Notes: generated from the letters alone by a model not told the origin. 47,787 nucleotides of DNA from Candidatus Iainarchaeum sp. (GCA_030445695.1 JASUTF010000003.1:1-47787), one strand, 5' to 3'. Shown: positions 1-8,876, numbered from the stretch's first letter. A program made the numbers and translations.

Positions 1-482
1 ATGATGGCTGCCTTCCAGTCGGCGGGGATGTCCACGTTGTCCAGGACGTGGGGGCCAGTGAACACGATCTCCTCGAAGGCGGCGAGGGCGTCCTCAAAGA
101 CCTCCGATAGCTTCTTCTCTATCTCGGGGATCTCGCTCTCCGGGCGGGCGGCCATCTTGGCGGCAGCACGGAGGAGGCCCTGGCCGCGCTTCTTCCTGCG
201 GAGTTCATCGAGCTTCCTCCTTTCGATGGCCCCCGAGACGCGCTTGAGGGAAAGGTCGCACATCTTCTTGTGATGGGAGACGTTCAGAACCTTGGCGACA
301 CGCATCTGTCCCTCTTTGATGTGGTGCCGTATGTTCTTGACCCAGGACGTTGAGATCTCGGAGATATGGATAAAACCCCTGTATCCGGGGTACTCTACAA
401 GCTCAACGAATGCCCCGTAGGGCACGATGTCCTTCACGACCACGATGACGTAGTCCCCGGCGTTTGGACCTTCCGCGCTCAT
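1..482 (-). CDS. eif2a: translation initiation factor aIF-2 alpha subunit, N-terminal part. The C-terminus lies beyond the left edge, and the gene is absent from the ORF track because no stop falls in the window.
   Basis: Own translation of the minus strand from ATG 482-480 gives [68 protein letters not shown]..., an S1/OB domain typical of aIF2-alpha. The start overlaps the stop of the upstream S27e gene. Confidence 0.85.
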   Translation of the reverse strand, partial: MSAEGPNAGDYVIVVVKDIVPYGAFVELVEYPGYRGFIHISEISTSWVKNIRHHIKEGQMRVAKVLNVSHHKKMCDLSLKRVSGAIERRKLDELRRKKRGQGLLRAAAKMAARPESEIPEIEKKLSEVFEDALAAFEEIVFTGPHVLDNVDIPADWKAAI

Positions 483-664
483 GTTAACGTCTCCACCACT
501 TTACCGAGTATCTTTGCCTTGCCACCCGTGGGGATCGCGAGCGTCTCACCACAGGTCAGGCACTTGACGCGGGTAGCGGCCTTGTTAAAGACGATCTGCT
601 CGTTTCCGCACTTCGGGCACTTGACCACGAGGAAACGGGATCTAGGCATGGGTATTGTCTTCAT
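479..664 (-). CDS. rps27e: ribosomal protein eS27 (S27e)
   Basis: 61-aa ORF with a C4 zinc ribbon (CPKCGNEQ ... CLTCGE) and the PTGGKAKI tail typical of S27e. An alternative start MPRSRF lies at 649. Confidence 0.9.
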   Translation of the reverse strand: MKTIPMPRSRFLVVKCPKCGNEQIVFNKAATRVKCLTCGETLAIPTGGKAKILGKVVETLT

Positions 665-1229
665 CTCCTACCACCTCTGCAAGGTTCCTCACCAGCAGGA
701 TATCGGCAATCTCCTGCGGCAGCTCAGCGATCTCGCCGGCAGCGTAGGGGCCGTAGGTCTTGTAGTCGGTCCCTATGAACTCGGGAATTGCCTTTAAGAT
801 CTTAACACGAACGGTCTTTAAACGCTTCTCCTCTTCCTCCTTCTTCCCTTCCTCCTCCTTGAGCCCCACGAACACAAGTGCGCTGTCGCGGTACTTCCTC
901 ACCGTCTCCACAACGTCCCTGTAAAGGTCCTTCTCCCAGCCCACGAGGTTCTCCGGCTCCCACGCCTCGTCGAACATGCTGGCAAGGGCCAGTGAAACGA
1001 TCTTGCGCTGGCGGATCGCGATGATGTCGTTCACGAGCTTCACGAGGTTCGCGAAGAGGACAAGACGCTGGATGTCCTGCTCCTGCCAGGCAAGGTCCAC
1101 TTCCTTCTTCTCCCCCTCTATATACTCCCTCAGCAATCGGTAGAAGTCCGGCTCGAGGGGTGTGAGGCGCGTGCGGGACTGCTTCTCCAGCCGGTAAAGG
1201 TTCCTCAACCGCGAGTAGTTAATCTCCAA
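642..1229 (-). CDS. gins51: GINS complex subunit, Gins51/Gins15 type
   Basis: 195 aa with a helical N-terminal A-domain, an acidic linker and a C-terminal B-domain ([48 protein letters not shown]). It lies immediately downstream of and overlapping priS, the conserved archaeal priS-gins arrangement. Confidence 0.7.
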   Translation of the reverse strand: MEINYSRLRNLYRLEKQSRTRLTPLEPDFYRLLREYIEGEKKEVDLAWQEQDIQRLVLFANLVKLVNDIIAIRQRKIVSLALASMFDEAWEPENLVGWEKDLYRDVVETVRKYRDSALVFVGLKEEEGKKEEEEKRLKTVRVKILKAIPEFIGTDYKTYGPYAAGEIAELPQEIADILLVRNLAEVVGDEDNTHA

Positions 1230-2455
1230 CTTGCAACCCCCTTGCTCAACAGGAATATACTAACATGAAGTGGTAGCTCCACATTTATATCCTCGAACGG
1301 TCCCCACGTCTCGCCGGCGAACTCGAACTCCGGTGCGAAGTCCACGTGGAGGTTCAGGTAGGGCCGCTCCGGGAGAGCCACGGCGTCCCTGTAGGGGTCA
1401 AAGGCATTTAAGTTATCCACGCTCTTGGCAAGCAGGCCTGTGCTCCCGTGTATGGAGTCAGGGACGCGGATCAGGCGGTGAATGTCGACGGACGTGTTGG
1501 TGTCGATCTCCTTCCCCATGAAGGGGGAAAGGGACCGGACAAGGGATGCAACGGACTCGAAGGCGTCCGCCTTCCTCGTGTCTATGAAGGGCCAGATGCC
1601 CTGCCTTATGAGTTCCACGATCCTTTCCCTGTCGCGCATGATCCTGCGGGCAGTGGAGGGGCTAACGCCTCTCCTGACGAGATCTGACACGTCCCGGGCA
1701 GAGGAGAGGATTGAGATGACGCCCCTCGCTATCCTCCCCTTCCAGCCGCCGTCCGTGGGTCTGGGGCCGACAATGGGCATTCTTGGCACGTCGAAGAAGT
1801 AGCGAACGTCGATCTTCTGCCCTGTGACGTATTCCACGATCTCTATGCGCGCCTCCTTGTCCAGTTCCCGGAGGGCAGGAGAGCGGACATGTATGTGGTA
1901 TCCCCTGTTTCCGGAGAAGTTTATGGAGATCTCCTTCTTTGATATGCCAAAATCGTCCACAAGAAAGTCCTTAATGAGGGTCTCGACCTCTTCCTTCAGT
2001 TTTTCCTCTCGCTCGGCGTCAGGAAACGTAACAACCTTCGTGGGCTCCCCGCACCTCGGACAGAACCCAACCCTGAACCCCTTCAGGTCTTTGACAAGGC
2101 CCCTTGCCCCGCAGGACGGGCAGACCCACAGATCGTTGGGCGCGAACAGTCCCAGTTCATCGGCGTCGAACTCGAATATGAGATCCGCTCCCAGGAGCCC
2201 CTTCGCCTCCATGGGGGTCGCTTCAGGCCGCTCAAAGTAGCCCACTGAGTAGGAAATGTAGAGGGGTGCCTCTTCCCGGAGGTAGCGGCGGAACTCCCGG
2301 GGTGAGACGAAGGATATGTGCCGCCGGACGATCTTCCTCCCGTAGTCGCCCACACCGAACTCCCTCTTCTCAAGGTCGGGGGGTGGCGGCACGTCGTGAG
2401 ACCGGTAATACCTGCGGAACGCGTCCTTCAGCACCCTTGCTATCATATCGCTCAC
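1205..2455 (-). CDS. priS: DNA primase small (catalytic) subunit PriS
   Basis: 416 aa carrying the AEP motifs LIFEFDADE (DxD), SGNRGYHIHV (SGxGxH) and LIRVPDSIHGSTGL, plus a zinc knuckle CPSCG...CPRCG. GTG 2455 overlaps the priL stop; an alternative ATG lies at 2446. Confidence 0.9.
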   Translation of the reverse strand: MSDMIARVLKDAFRRYYRSHDVPPPPDLEKREFGVGDYGRKIVRRHISFVSPREFRRYLREEAPLYISYSVGYFERPEATPMEAKGLLGADLIFEFDADELGLFAPNDLWVCPSCGARGLVKDLKGFRVGFCPRCGEPTKVVTFPDAEREEKLKEEVETLIKDFLVDDFGISKKEISINFSGNRGYHIHVRSPALRELDKEARIEIVEYVTGQKIDVRYFFDVPRMPIVGPRPTDGGWKGRIARGVISILSSARDVSDLVRRGVSPSTARRIMRDRERIVELIRQGIWPFIDTRKADAFESVASLVRSLSPFMGKEIDTNTSVDIHRLIRVPDSIHGSTGLLAKSVDNLNAFDPYRDAVALPERPYLNLHVDFAPEFEFAGETWGPFEDINVELPLHVSIFLLSKGVASWRLTTRG

Positions 2456-3354
2456 TGGAGCACCCCCAGATCACGGAGCATCTTGACAAGGGCTGGATCC
2501 GTGGATTCCACCTTCTTCAACCCCCAGGGGCGGATACCCTTCCTCTTGGCGAGGATCAGCTCGTCCTTAAGCCACGATTTCGTTATCTTGCCTCCGCTCT
2601 GCCGGGAAAGCCACTCTTCAAGGACGGGGAGCGCGTCCTCTGGCGCCATACCCTTCACGTTAACGAGGTATGGGGCAAGCCAGAAGAAGATGATACGCTT
2701 CCTCCCGTCGGGCAGACCGGAAGCACCCATGATCGACTCTATGAAGGAGTATCCTTTTGAACTGACGGGTTTTGACCTCTTTATGGGAACCGCTCGCCTC
2801 GCATAGTCAGCAAAGTGCTTCGGCACGCCCGAAACGTCAAGGGGGAGTCCCTTCCTGGCAAGGGTGTACGCCACATCTCCGGCGAAGAGGCGTGCGGTAA
2901 CATCGTCCAGATGCACGATACCGCCCCTCAGGTCCACGTGGTATAGGAGCGTTTCAGGATATATGTGCCTGTAACTCATGTAAACGGGCAGGGGAATGGC
3001 GGAGGGGTCTATACCGAGCTCGGCGAAGAGTTCGGAGGGATCGTGCTGCCGCACACGCTCAGCATAGAAGCGGCCGAGCAGATCGTAGTAATACTCGCTC
3101 CCCAGGATCGACGCGAATATGCGGAAGAGGATGAAATGCAGTATCTCCGTCCTCTCGTCCAGAACGGGCAGGTCAAAACGCCTGGAAAGGATCTCGCGGA
3201 AACGGTCAGAAGCAGCCGTAATTTCTAAATCCCCCACGCCCTCCATGGTGATCCCGAGACGCTCAGCACGCTTCGAGGCAGAGGGGAGAAAGGGGTAGAG
3301 GGCGTAGAACGACACCATGATAACATATGGACGGTGGTAAATGTAAGGATACAC
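2452..3354 (-). CDS. priL: DNA primase large subunit PriL-like, lacking all Fe-S cysteines
   Basis: Has the N-terminal YPF motif (YALYPFLPSASKRAE). The C-terminal region (GLPDGRKRIIFFWLAPYLVNVKGMAPEDALPVLEEWL) matches the PriL-CTD R/H-x-aRFaL-x-FL-x-x-G helix pattern. There is a 4-nt overlap with priS. The 300-aa translation contains no Cys. The likely true start is MVSFYALYPF at 3318. Confidence 0.65.
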   Translation of the reverse strand: MYPYIYHRPYVIMVSFYALYPFLPSASKRAERLGITMEGVGDLEITAASDRFREILSRRFDLPVLDERTEILHFILFRIFASILGSEYYYDLLGRFYAERVRQHDPSELFAELGIDPSAIPLPVYMSYRHIYPETLLYHVDLRGGIVHLDDVTARLFAGDVAYTLARKGLPLDVSGVPKHFADYARRAVPIKRSKPVSSKGYSFIESIMGASGLPDGRKRIIFFWLAPYLVNVKGMAPEDALPVLEEWLSRQSGGKITKSWLKDELILAKRKGIRPWGLKKVESTDPALVKMLRDLGVLQ

Positions 3355-3372
3355 GGTTCGGGTTTCGAACCG
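3354..3372. other. 7-bp-stem hairpin (cggttcg-ggttt-cgaaccg) between the PCNA gene and priL
   Basis: Perfect inverted repeat read directly from the sequence. It lies in the 5' region of priL if priL starts at 3318. Function unknown. Confidence 0.3.
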
Positions 3373-3387
3373 GAAAAGAAAGAGAGT

Positions 3388-4137
3388 TCAGAGTATCATT
3401 TGAGCCAGGAAGAAGGTCAGCCGTATGCCCCCTATCTCGTAGGAGATTTTCAGGGGCGTGTCGTTGCCAAAGACCATGGTTACGAACCCGTCGGGGTCCG
3501 CAGCACGCACTATGTTCTGAAGGAACGACAGGGAATACCTGGAGACCGCCTCCGGACCGCCCTCTATGGAAACGCCGTCTCCCTCCCTTGCAACGGTCCT
3601 CGTGACCCCCGTCTGGCCCTTCGCCTCCACCATGAACACGTCGTCCCGGGCAACCAGAACCGCTGAGGACGAGAAGATCCCGGCGTCCTTCAGGGCGTCC
3701 TTTATGATCCTGCCCAGAACTCTGACAGTCACAACGCCCTCCACCGGTGCTATCTCCGCCTCCCTGTCCGGAACGTCCATAAGCGGTATGTAAAACTCGC
3801 GGCGGAGCGTCCCGTTGGGCAGCTCCAGAAGAACGTAGAGATTCACGTCCTCCAGCGCCATCACGAGCCGGTCCTCGGAAGATGCGCGCGAGAGTATCTT
3901 CGTATACTCTGAAAGGTCTATGGGAACGCGTATGGGCGACTCCACGAGGTTATACTCCCTGAAGACAGATCTGGGGGCGAAGAAGTCCACCATAACGACC
4001 TGTGACGGGTCTATGGCTCGCAAGCGGACACCGTCGCTGTTAAAGTAGAATACGCCCTCGGGGAGAAAGGAGTAGAGGGCGTCCACCGCCTGCTTCCAGG
4101 GACGCGGATCCTCGAGGGAGACACGCAGTAGCTCCAT
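3388..4137 (-). CDS. pcna: DNA polymerase sliding clamp PCNA, paralogue B
   Basis: 249 aa. The N-terminus (WKQAVDALYSFLPEGVFYFNSDGVRLRAIDPSQVVMVDFFAPRSVFREYNL) follows the canonical PCNA pattern, and the length is typical. Confidence 0.9.
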   Translation of the reverse strand: MELLRVSLEDPRPWKQAVDALYSFLPEGVFYFNSDGVRLRAIDPSQVVMVDFFAPRSVFREYNLVESPIRVPIDLSEYTKILSRASSEDRLVMALEDVNLYVLLELPNGTLRREFYIPLMDVPDREAEIAPVEGVVTVRVLGRIIKDALKDAGIFSSSAVLVARDDVFMVEAKGQTGVTRTVAREGDGVSIEGGPEAVSRYSLSFLQNIVRAADPDGFVTMVFGNDTPLKISYEIGGIRLTFFLAQMIL

Positions 4138-4141
4138 GGTA

Positions 4142-4891
4142 TCAACCCGTCTCTATTCTGGGCGCCAGGAAGTATATGAAGTTCGCATCTCCTATCGCGT
4201 AGGCCAGCTTCAGCGGTGCATCCGTCGAAAGGGATATGGTAATCGCGGCGCTCTTGTTTGCCTGCGAGACCATGTCCTCCAGATAGTCCAGCGGATAGGA
4301 CGCTTTGGCACGCTCCGTAACGTTCAGGTCGAGGAGCGCGTCGTGCACGTCCTTCTTGAGCTCAAGAACGTATTCGCCCTTGCTGCCGGAGGCGCGCATC
4401 ACGAACTCCTCGGGCGTCACGTCAATGGTCACGTGCGTGGAGAAGTTGGACGCGTCGTCAAGGGCAGAGGCAAAGACGTCCGCAATGACCTTGGCCGTCG
4501 CGGTAAACGTAATCTTTGGCAGCGGGAGCTCCATGCCGCCGAGGTCAAGGACGGAGAGGACGAAACGCCTGCGTGCACGCCCCACGAGTTCGATCACGAG
4601 TCGAGAACCGTCCTCTGAAAGCGACATCTCAACGGACTCCGAGGCCTTCGCCTTCTTGAAGACGTCCTCGAGGTCGGAGAGGTTCAGCCCGATCTTCACA
4701 GGCCCGGGAACGTCGTATTCGCGGAAGGCGTGCTTCGGAAGGGAGAAGTCAACCATCGCTATCTTCGAAGGATCCGTGGCGCGGAGCTTCATGCCCTCCT
4801 CGTCAAATATGAACTCTCCCTCGTCTATCAAGGCAGAGAGCGCCTTGACGCTCTTCTTCATAACGTCCGCACTATCAAACACCACCTTCAT
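4142..4891 (-). CDS. pcna: DNA polymerase sliding clamp PCNA, paralogue A
   Basis: 249 aa. MKKSVKALSALIDEGEFIFDEEGMKLRATDPSKIAMVDFSLPKHAFREYDV follows the canonical PCNA pattern. It is clearly diverged from paralogue B. Confidence 0.9.
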   Translation of the reverse strand: MKVVFDSADVMKKSVKALSALIDEGEFIFDEEGMKLRATDPSKIAMVDFSLPKHAFREYDVPGPVKIGLNLSDLEDVFKKAKASESVEMSLSEDGSRLVIELVGRARRRFVLSVLDLGGMELPLPKITFTATAKVIADVFASALDDASNFSTHVTIDVTPEEFVMRASGSKGEYVLELKKDVHDALLDLNVTERAKASYPLDYLEDMVSQANKSAAITISLSTDAPLKLAYAIGDANFIYFLAPRIETG

Positions 4892-5264
4892 TGTAAACCC
4901 TCCTTTCCAGATCGCGTATTTGAGCGTAAAGGGCAGGATCCACGCCGTCCATATCCTGAACGACTTCCGCCCTAATTAATAGTCCATCCTCCGATTTATA
5001 AGCCCTGCCGAGAACGCGCACAAGGGCCCCCGGCTTGAGTTTCTCCGCAAAGAGGATGTCCTCAAGGATTACAAGGGCAATGCCAGTCCCGTCATCGATC
5101 TTGCCCTCCATCTTGTTCGTATCGAAATCAACAACGGTGCACAGAACCGAAACGCGTTCGCCCTCCCCCTGAATCTCGGAAATCGTCACATCCCTTGCAT
5201 GCATACGTCGGAGGGCCACGATAAATGCTGAGGGAAAGGGCATATAAATGACCTCTTCCATCAT
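4875..5264 (-). CDS. OB-fold nucleic-acid-binding protein, RPA32/Stn1-like small subunit (putative ssDNA-binding partner)
   Basis: Shows the pattern VSVLCTVVDFD...GKIDDGTGIALVILED...LKPGALVRVLGRAY...LIRAEVVQDM typical of RPA2/Stn1-type OB folds. It heads the replisome gene string. An alternative start MPFPSAF lies at 5243. Confidence 0.45.
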   Translation of the reverse strand: MMEEVIYMPFPSAFIVALRRMHARDVTISEIQGEGERVSVLCTVVDFDTNKMEGKIDDGTGIALVILEDILFAEKLKPGALVRVLGRAYKSEDGLLIRAEVVQDMDGVDPALYAQIRDLERRVYNEGGV

Positions 5265-5270
5265 TAGAGC

Positions 5271-6002
5271 ATGGACAGGGCACCCACTGGAATTGACGGT
5301 CTGGACGAGCTCATAGAGGGAGGCATACCAAGAAGGCGCATGGTCCTCGTATCCGGAAGCACAGGTACGGGGAAGACCATATTCTCCGCACAGTATATAT
5401 ACAGGGGGGCCGTGGACTACGGGGAGCCGGGAATATTTGTCACGCTCGACGAGCGCCCGTCAACTATCCGAGAGGACATGCTCCAGTTCGGCTGGGACTT
5501 CAAGGCACTCGAGGACAAGGGGATGATCCGGATCATCGACGGGACGGTAACAAAGGTCGGTATCCCGTCGGAGGAGGAGTACGCACTGCCTGAGACAGGG
5601 TTCAACCTCGACAAACTCCTGGTGGAAATCATAAAGGCAGTGAAGGAGATGGGGGTGAAGCGCCTCGTCGTTGACTCCCTCCCTGCTCTGGGGTTCAAAT
5701 ACGACACGGAGGCAGAGGTAAGGAAGGCGATCCTGAAGATGTCATACGTGCTGGCAAAGACGGGGGTCACGTCCATCGTCACCACTGAGATCCCGGAGAA
5801 CGCAGGGGTCTACTCCAAGTATGGGGTGGAAGAATACGTGGCAGACGGCCTTATAGTCCTCCGATACGGGGCTCTGGGCGGAAGGGCTACGAGAACGCTG
5901 CAGGTAAGAAAGATGCGTGGGACGAAGCACTCGGAGTTCGTCCACCCCTTAGAGATAACGAGGGAGAGGGGCATCGTCGTTTATCCGATTGAGGAGGTAT
6001 GA
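5271..6002 (+). CDS. KaiC/RadA-like single-domain RecA-superfamily ATPase (COG0467-like)
   Basis: TGIDGLDELIEGGIPRRRMVLVSGSTGTGKT (Walker A), RLVVDSL (Walker B), 243 aa. Confidence 0.8.
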   Translation: MDRAPTGIDGLDELIEGGIPRRRMVLVSGSTGTGKTIFSAQYIYRGAVDYGEPGIFVTLDERPSTIREDMLQFGWDFKALEDKGMIRIIDGTVTKVGIPSEEEYALPETGFNLDKLLVEIIKAVKEMGVKRLVVDSLPALGFKYDTEAEVRKAILKMSYVLAKTGVTSIVTTEIPENAGVYSKYGVEEYVADGLIVLRYGALGGRATRTLQVRKMRGTKHSEFVHPLEITRERGIVVYPIEEV

Positions 6003-6245
6003 TCACCCCTCCTTGTCAGAGACGCTCAGGGGCTGCTTGAAGTCAAAGAGTGAATCGTCGCTCCCGCCCTGTGGCGGATTCTGCGGTGCGGACGAGCCGC
6101 CGGGTGGCTCCTGCTCTTGGTGTCCGTGCTCCAGAATGTCCAGAATGTAGAGGTAGGCATCGATCAGCTCGTCCAGCTCCACACGCACCCTGTGCGTCTC
6201 CAGGAATATCTTCAACAGCTCGAGGGCGACCTCCTTGTTGTCCAT
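6003..6245 (-). CDS. small hypothetical protein with a helical N-terminus and a Pro/Gly/Gln-rich acidic tail
   Basis: Internal ATG (MDNKEVALELLKIFLETHRV...) of track ORF 6003-6374. The longer form would overlap the neighbouring divergent membrane-protein gene. Its stop directly abuts the KaiC-like stop. Confidence 0.4.
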   Translation of the reverse strand: MDNKEVALELLKIFLETHRVRVELDELIDAYLYILDILEHGHQEQEPPGGSSAPQNPPQGGSDDSLFDFKQPLSVSDKEG

Positions 6246-6278
6246 GTTTTGAAAAGGAGCAGGGGGTATATATTGGTG

Positions 6279-7724
6279 ATGGATCTCAACAAAGCAAAAA
6301 GATATGGGTGGATAGGAATACTTTTTCTCGCCGCCCTGCCCATGTTCTTGTTCAACACGTGGGCCCCATACCACACGGATTCGGCGGGCATTGCGCTAAG
6401 GGCTGAAGAAATACTCCACGGAAAGATACAGCCGGGCTGGAGATGGGGCACAGCTGTTGTGGAGGCGGTCCTCGGGGCACTACCATACTTCATAACGAGG
6501 GACAGGGTCTGGTTGCACATGGCTGGGGCCGCTGCAGGAATAATCGCGTTTCTGGTTGGACTCTACCTGCTGCTCGTAAGGGAGAGCAAAGACAGAACAT
6601 TCGCAGCTATGCTTACGCTGATCGGAGCGTTATCTCCCGCTGTACTGATCACAGGAACCATAGGGAAGGAGGACTTGCTCGCGATAGGAGAGATACTCCT
6701 CGGGGCAGCGATGGCGCCCGCAGGAATGGCACCGGCGGTCGTGGCGGGGGTTCTGTTCGGTCTGGCACTGGCATCCAAGGAGATGTCCTTTGCACTTGTT
6801 TACCTTGCCATTGTATACATCTTCACAAAGAACCGGAAGGCAGCGGCAGTGGCGGCAGGGACAACGATAATAACGTTGCCCCTGTGGCTCCCAATGCTGG
6901 AATTCGTCCTCAGCAGCCGTTCCGTGGGCATGGGAAAGTTCATGGGCTTCTGGAGTGGTTACCCATTCGTGCTGAGCGAACTCATAAAGGGTACGGGAGC
7001 GGCAGCGATTCTGGTGGGAATAGTGGCACTCGTACTGGCCATAAGATCCAAGCGATGGGATAACACCGTTCCACTGCTCCTCGCAGTGTTGTTGATACTG
7101 TATCTGGCGGGTGTGAGCGTCACCAGATACAGGAGTGCCGCGTGGGTCGTGCCGCTGCTCCTCCTGCCCGCCGCGAGACAGGGCGAGAGGTGGATGCGAT
7201 ACGGGATCTACGTATCGCTGCTCGTTGCCTTCATCGCCATGTTCGACATTATGCCAACGCTCGAGTTCAGGGCCGCCACGAACCTGCCAGGAAGCTATCC
7301 CTCCGGGGCGAGGGGCATCTTGGAAAGGAACGGGCTGATCCTTGCAATGGATTCCTCGGCACTGGTCCGCTTCTACACGGATCTGAACGTGAAAACGCAT
7401 AAACCATATCCAACGGAGGAAGAGGCAGCCCAGATACGTAAAGAAGTAGAAGAACTCGCAGGGAAAATGCCAGTATATATTTACCCCGACTACCTGGCGT
7501 ATGACAACGGGACGCTGGCAAGGGCACTGTCGGACCTGAACGTGACGCCCGTTTACACAGCGTGGTATAGGGATTACCACGCCGTCCCGATATATCCGAA
7601 AAAGGAGGAGTGGCTGAACAAGATAAGAGAAGCCGGCTACGTATACTACTTCCTGTCAAAACGGGCGGACAGCATTAACGGCGTTTCAGTCACCGTCGAG
7701 ACGTATAGGATCATCACCCCCTGA
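6279..7724 (+). CDS. polytopic membrane protein, possibly a GT-C fold (ArnT/PMT-like) glycosyltransferase, with a C-terminal soluble domain
   Basis: About 11 hydrophobic segments. The first loop (APYHTDSAGIALRAEEIL) resembles GT-C acidic loops. The start is set at ATG 6279 (MDLNKAKRYGW); the track start at 6117 overlaps the divergent gene. Confidence 0.45.
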   Translation: MDLNKAKRYGWIGILFLAALPMFLFNTWAPYHTDSAGIALRAEEILHGKIQPGWRWGTAVVEAVLGALPYFITRDRVWLHMAGAAAGIIAFLVGLYLLLVRESKDRTFAAMLTLIGALSPAVLITGTIGKEDLLAIGEILLGAAMAPAGMAPAVVAGVLFGLALASKEMSFALVYLAIVYIFTKNRKAAAVAAGTTIITLPLWLPMLEFVLSSRSVGMGKFMGFWSGYPFVLSELIKGTGAAAILVGIVALVLAIRSKRWDNTVPLLLAVLLILYLAGVSVTRYRSAAWVVPLLLLPAARQGERWMRYGIYVSLLVAFIAMFDIMPTLEFRAATNLPGSYPSGARGILERNGLILAMDSSALVRFYTDLNVKTHKPYPTEEEAAQIRKEVEELAGKMPVYIYPDYLAYDNGTLARALSDLNVTPVYTAWYRDYHAVPIYPKKEEWLNKIREAGYVYYFLSKRADSINGVSVTVETYRIITP

Positions 7725-7804
7725 CGGGAGAATGGGAGACGTTGATGTGGCGGTATACAGGGGCGTAGTCCTCGAAGGAGTAGCAAAAGTGCCGATATAC
7801 ATGG

Positions 7805-8857
7805 TCATTCCCTCAGCCGCACCGCCCTGACGTAACCACGGACGTTGAGGCGGCGGGTCTCCACAACACCCAAGGATTCCAGCTCCTTTATGTAGTTTCG
7901 GAACGCACGGAGCGTTATCTTATCCGCCCTGCGAACGTACTCCTCATACAGCTCCTTCACGGTGAGCTCTCCCCTCTCGCGGAGGATCTCCACGATGGGG
8001 ATGAACTTGGGGTCCACCGACTCGTGGCGCGACGACTTTATGAGCCCCTCAACGCGGCGCACGTGCTCAGGGGTTATTCTATCGGCACCTTCCCGCTCCG
8101 CAAGGACAGCCGCCTCGTAGAGGCAGGAGATTGCTGCCCTGGCGTCGCCGCCCCGCTTCCAGCCGATGGCTGCACAGAGGCCGATTACGTTCTCGTCATA
8201 CGTCCCCTCCGCCAGAGCGATTTTTGCCCTCTCGCGCAGGATGTCCTTGAGCTGGGGAACAGTGTACGGCGAGAACTCCACCTTTCTTGAGAAGAGCGTC
8301 GAGTATATGCGCGGGTCCAGGCGGTAGACGAAGGACTCGGAGTTGGCAATGGTGATGATGACCGTGGGGACTTCAAGAAACTCGTGGAGGCGGGAGAAAT
8401 CGTAGAGAACGTCGGTGGACTCCCTGGAGAGCCGGTCCACCTCGTCCAGAACAATCACGGCACCACGGGAGTCGTTGAGCCGGGCGAATATGCGGTCATA
8501 CGCCTCGTCCGGTGCCACACCCCTCCGGGGGACGGGTATGCGGAGCTCCTTGGCAAGGAAAGAGATGATGGAATACCTTGTGCGGTAGACCCAGCAGTTT
8601 ATGTATGTCTGGAACGTCAGGGGGGAGTAAGAAGAGAGTTCCCGGAGGATATAGCGGACGGATGCCGTTTTCCCCGTTCCCGGCGGGCCGACAACGAATA
8701 TATTCGAGGAGTGCCCAGTATCAAGCGCGTAGGATATTGCAGAGGCGATTTCCTTCATCTGTGCCTCACGGTGGGGGAGAACATCTGGAATGTAGTCCGT
8801 ATCGAGGACTTCCGGGCGGAGGAGGATTGTGGCACGGGGTTCCTCAAACAGGCCCAT
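7805..8857 (-). CDS. cdc6: Orc1/Cdc6 replication initiator
   Basis: 350 aa with GPPGTGKT (Walker A), VIVLDEVD (Walker B), an AAA+ lid and a C-terminal winged helix (LESLGVVETRRLNVRGYVRAVRL). Confidence 0.92.
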   Translation of the reverse strand: MGLFEEPRATILLRPEVLDTDYIPDVLPHREAQMKEIASAISYALDTGHSSNIFVVGPPGTGKTASVRYILRELSSYSPLTFQTYINCWVYRTRYSIISFLAKELRIPVPRRGVAPDEAYDRIFARLNDSRGAVIVLDEVDRLSRESTDVLYDFSRLHEFLEVPTVIITIANSESFVYRLDPRIYSTLFSRKVEFSPYTVPQLKDILRERAKIALAEGTYDENVIGLCAAIGWKRGGDARAAISCLYEAAVLAEREGADRITPEHVRRVEGLIKSSRHESVDPKFIPIVEILRERGELTVKELYEEYVRRADKITLRAFRNYIKELESLGVVETRRLNVRGYVRAVRLRE

Positions 8858-8876
8858 GAAGAAAAAGGGAAGGGGA

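Noticed and set aside
1-797. Plus-strand ORFs 1-273 and 366-797.
   Set aside because: They are antisense shadows of the aIF2-alpha, S27e and GINS genes, which have clear family signatures.
6117-6278. N-terminal extension of the membrane-protein ORF (track start 6117).
   Set aside because: It overlaps the divergent small gene and is antisense to it. The ATG at 6279 is followed immediately by the first TM helix.
6630-7580. 316-aa minus-strand ORF, plus others, inside the membrane-protein gene.
   Set aside because: It is antisense to a coherent polytopic membrane protein and its translation is Arg/His/Cys/Gln-rich nonsense.
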